This document shows, one piece after another, positions 63,051 through 64,000 of a stretch of DNA of 64,000 nucleotides. The position numbers and the translations under genes are program-made. The number at the start of each line of letters is the position of its first letter. Position 1 is the stretch's first letter. The notes beneath the pieces were generated by a model, which ran no database searches, was not told where the DNA came from, and worked only from the letters and a program-made list of their open reading frames with translations. Location of the stretch: the IMG/VR virus record IMGVR_UViG_3300049185_000041. One strand, 5' to 3'. This DNA comes from an uncultured virus (IMG/VR IMGVR_UViG_3300049185_000041) (Duplodnaviria > Heunggongvirae > Uroviricota > Caudoviricetes).

Positions 63051-63752
63051 TCAACCTCCGGCTTTCGGGTCCCCACCGGTTCCGAAGGCGTCAGTTCCCG
63101 CGTCGCGGTTGTACGCCTGCTGACCGGCGTCGTCCATCCGAGGGTGGTCGCTAGCGACCGTGAACCGGGGCTCCTGGTCCGGATAGACGTGCCTGCTGAG
63201 ATCAAGCATCCACTGCACGACGCGCTGGACCTCGGCTTCGGACGGCGGGGCGGTATCGCTCACGAAGTCGCCCATCGGATTGCTCTTGCGCTTCGCGAGG
63301 CATCCGTCGAGGAACTCTGCGAGGATGAAGTCCGATGTCTTGAGTTCGACGTCCTTCGAGTGACAGTTCAGGACGAGCGCGAGGTCTTGCTTGAACGTGG
63401 TGCGGCTGGGCCGGACGACCGGCCTCACGCAGTTCGCGACGTAGCGCCATGCGTCGGCTTGCTTCTGCTTGTTCGGGTCGGCGGCAAACTCGTCCCACGT
63501 GGGCAGTTTGTCACCGTTGTAAGCCACGCCTCCGACGCCGGCAGAATAGGCCGAGTAGAGGTAGCTCGCGATTGCCTCGGTGTCGCCGCCTGCGACCTCG
63601 GCGAACTTCAGGGTGGTGATTGCCTGCCGGATCTCCGCGGCCTTGGTGGCGCAGAGGTCCGCCTGTTCGATGTTCCCTTCCTTGCGGTGGATGGGCTCGT
63701 TGTTCCCCAGCGTGGAGAGTGTGATTTCGAGTTCAGCGATTGCGTGTTTCAT
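63051..63752 (-). CDS. hypothetical mosaic phage protein
   Basis: 233 aa; segments GGVAYNGDKLPTW and LNCHSK..TSDFILAEFL..CL resemble separate small phage families. Confidence 0.65.
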   Translation of the reverse strand: MKHAIAELEITLSTLGNNEPIHRKEGNIEQADLCATKAAEIRQAITTLKFAEVAGGDTEAIASYLYSAYSAGVGGVAYNGDKLPTWDEFAADPNKQKQADAWRYVANCVRPVVRPSRTTFKQDLALVLNCHSKDVELKTSDFILAEFLDGCLAKRKSNPMGDFVSDTAPPSEAEVQRVVQWMLDLSRHVYPDQEPRFTVASDHPRMDDAGQQAYNRDAGTDAFGTGGDPKAGG

Positions 63753-63764
63753 GGTGTTGGTAGA

Positions 63765-63998
63765 TCAGATTTCCCGGAGCCCTTCCCGCTTGATGTGGGT
63801 GAGCACCTGGTCAAGGAAGATGCCCGCCGGGTAGCAGACATTCTCTTCGGGGTTGTGGACATCGGCGAAGGGTCCTTTGCCCCGTGTCCGGTAGTCCCAT
63901 GCGAAGCCGACGTGGTTGGCTTCATGCCCGAGGATCTCGGCGGTCAGGTCGCCCTCGACGAGGCAGACGATGCAGAAGTAGCGGCGATCGACTTCCGC
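63765..63998 (-). CDS. partial HExxH zinc-metallopeptidase-like protein (runs off window)
   Basis: Manual translation ..EILGHEANHVGF..NPEENVCY.. Confidence 0.55.
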   Translation of the reverse strand, partial: AEVDRRYFCIVCLVEGDLTAEILGHEANHVGFAWDYRTRGKGPFADVHNPEENVCYPAGIFLDQVLTHIKREGLREI

Positions 63999-64000
63999 GA

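Noticed and set aside
10..63053. CCCCGCCACCCCG near 10-22 and its inverse near 63035-63047 as inverted terminal repeats
   Set aside because: Short, low-complexity GC match, and the window ends are arbitrary (an ORF runs off at 64000).
1..64000. Integrated prophage or lysogeny module
   Set aside because: No integrase, att site or host genes seen; lifestyle cannot be decided from this window.

Overview
The window is most of a high-GC tailed bacteriophage genome with a podovirus-like layout. No tape measure, sheath, integrase or host housekeeping gene is visible. The host is probably Gram-negative (lipoprotein spanin), and start codons mostly lack Shine-Dalgarno motifs. Layout: (1) 272-5335 (+) small early genes; (2) 5346-5762 two candidate structured RNAs and three tRNAs (Gln, Glu, Pro); (3) 5765-7298 (-) HNH-like and PD-(D/E)XK nucleases; (4) 7479-24680 (+) replication module (HTH, C5 MTase with a nested alternative-frame ORF, primase-helicase, m4C/m6A MTase, nucleotidyltransferase, Cas4-like nuclease, SSB, Pol A, SLOG, SF2 helicase, VRR-NUC, HD protein); (5) 24638-64000 (-) virion, lysis and packaging module (intein-split terminase, BCS1-like AAA ATPase, portal, two major-capsid homologues, scaffold, tailspike, lysis cassette, a ~7 kb glycosyltransferase/methyl/formyltransferase cluster, ejection proteins including a 2398-aa protein with GNAT and ART-like domains). 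Best leads: a candidate virion-glycosylation system beside Ser/Gly-rich structural proteins; a second diverged capsid protein; a strand-polarised (C)GGTCTC cluster in the first 2.7 kb; a shared acidic-F-x-V C-terminal tag on unrelated proteins; 8-bp-periodic CTACA boxes at promoters; a DnaA-box cluster; and an MTase cassette flanked by a 17-bp direct repeat. All family calls come from recognising motifs by eye; no database search was run.
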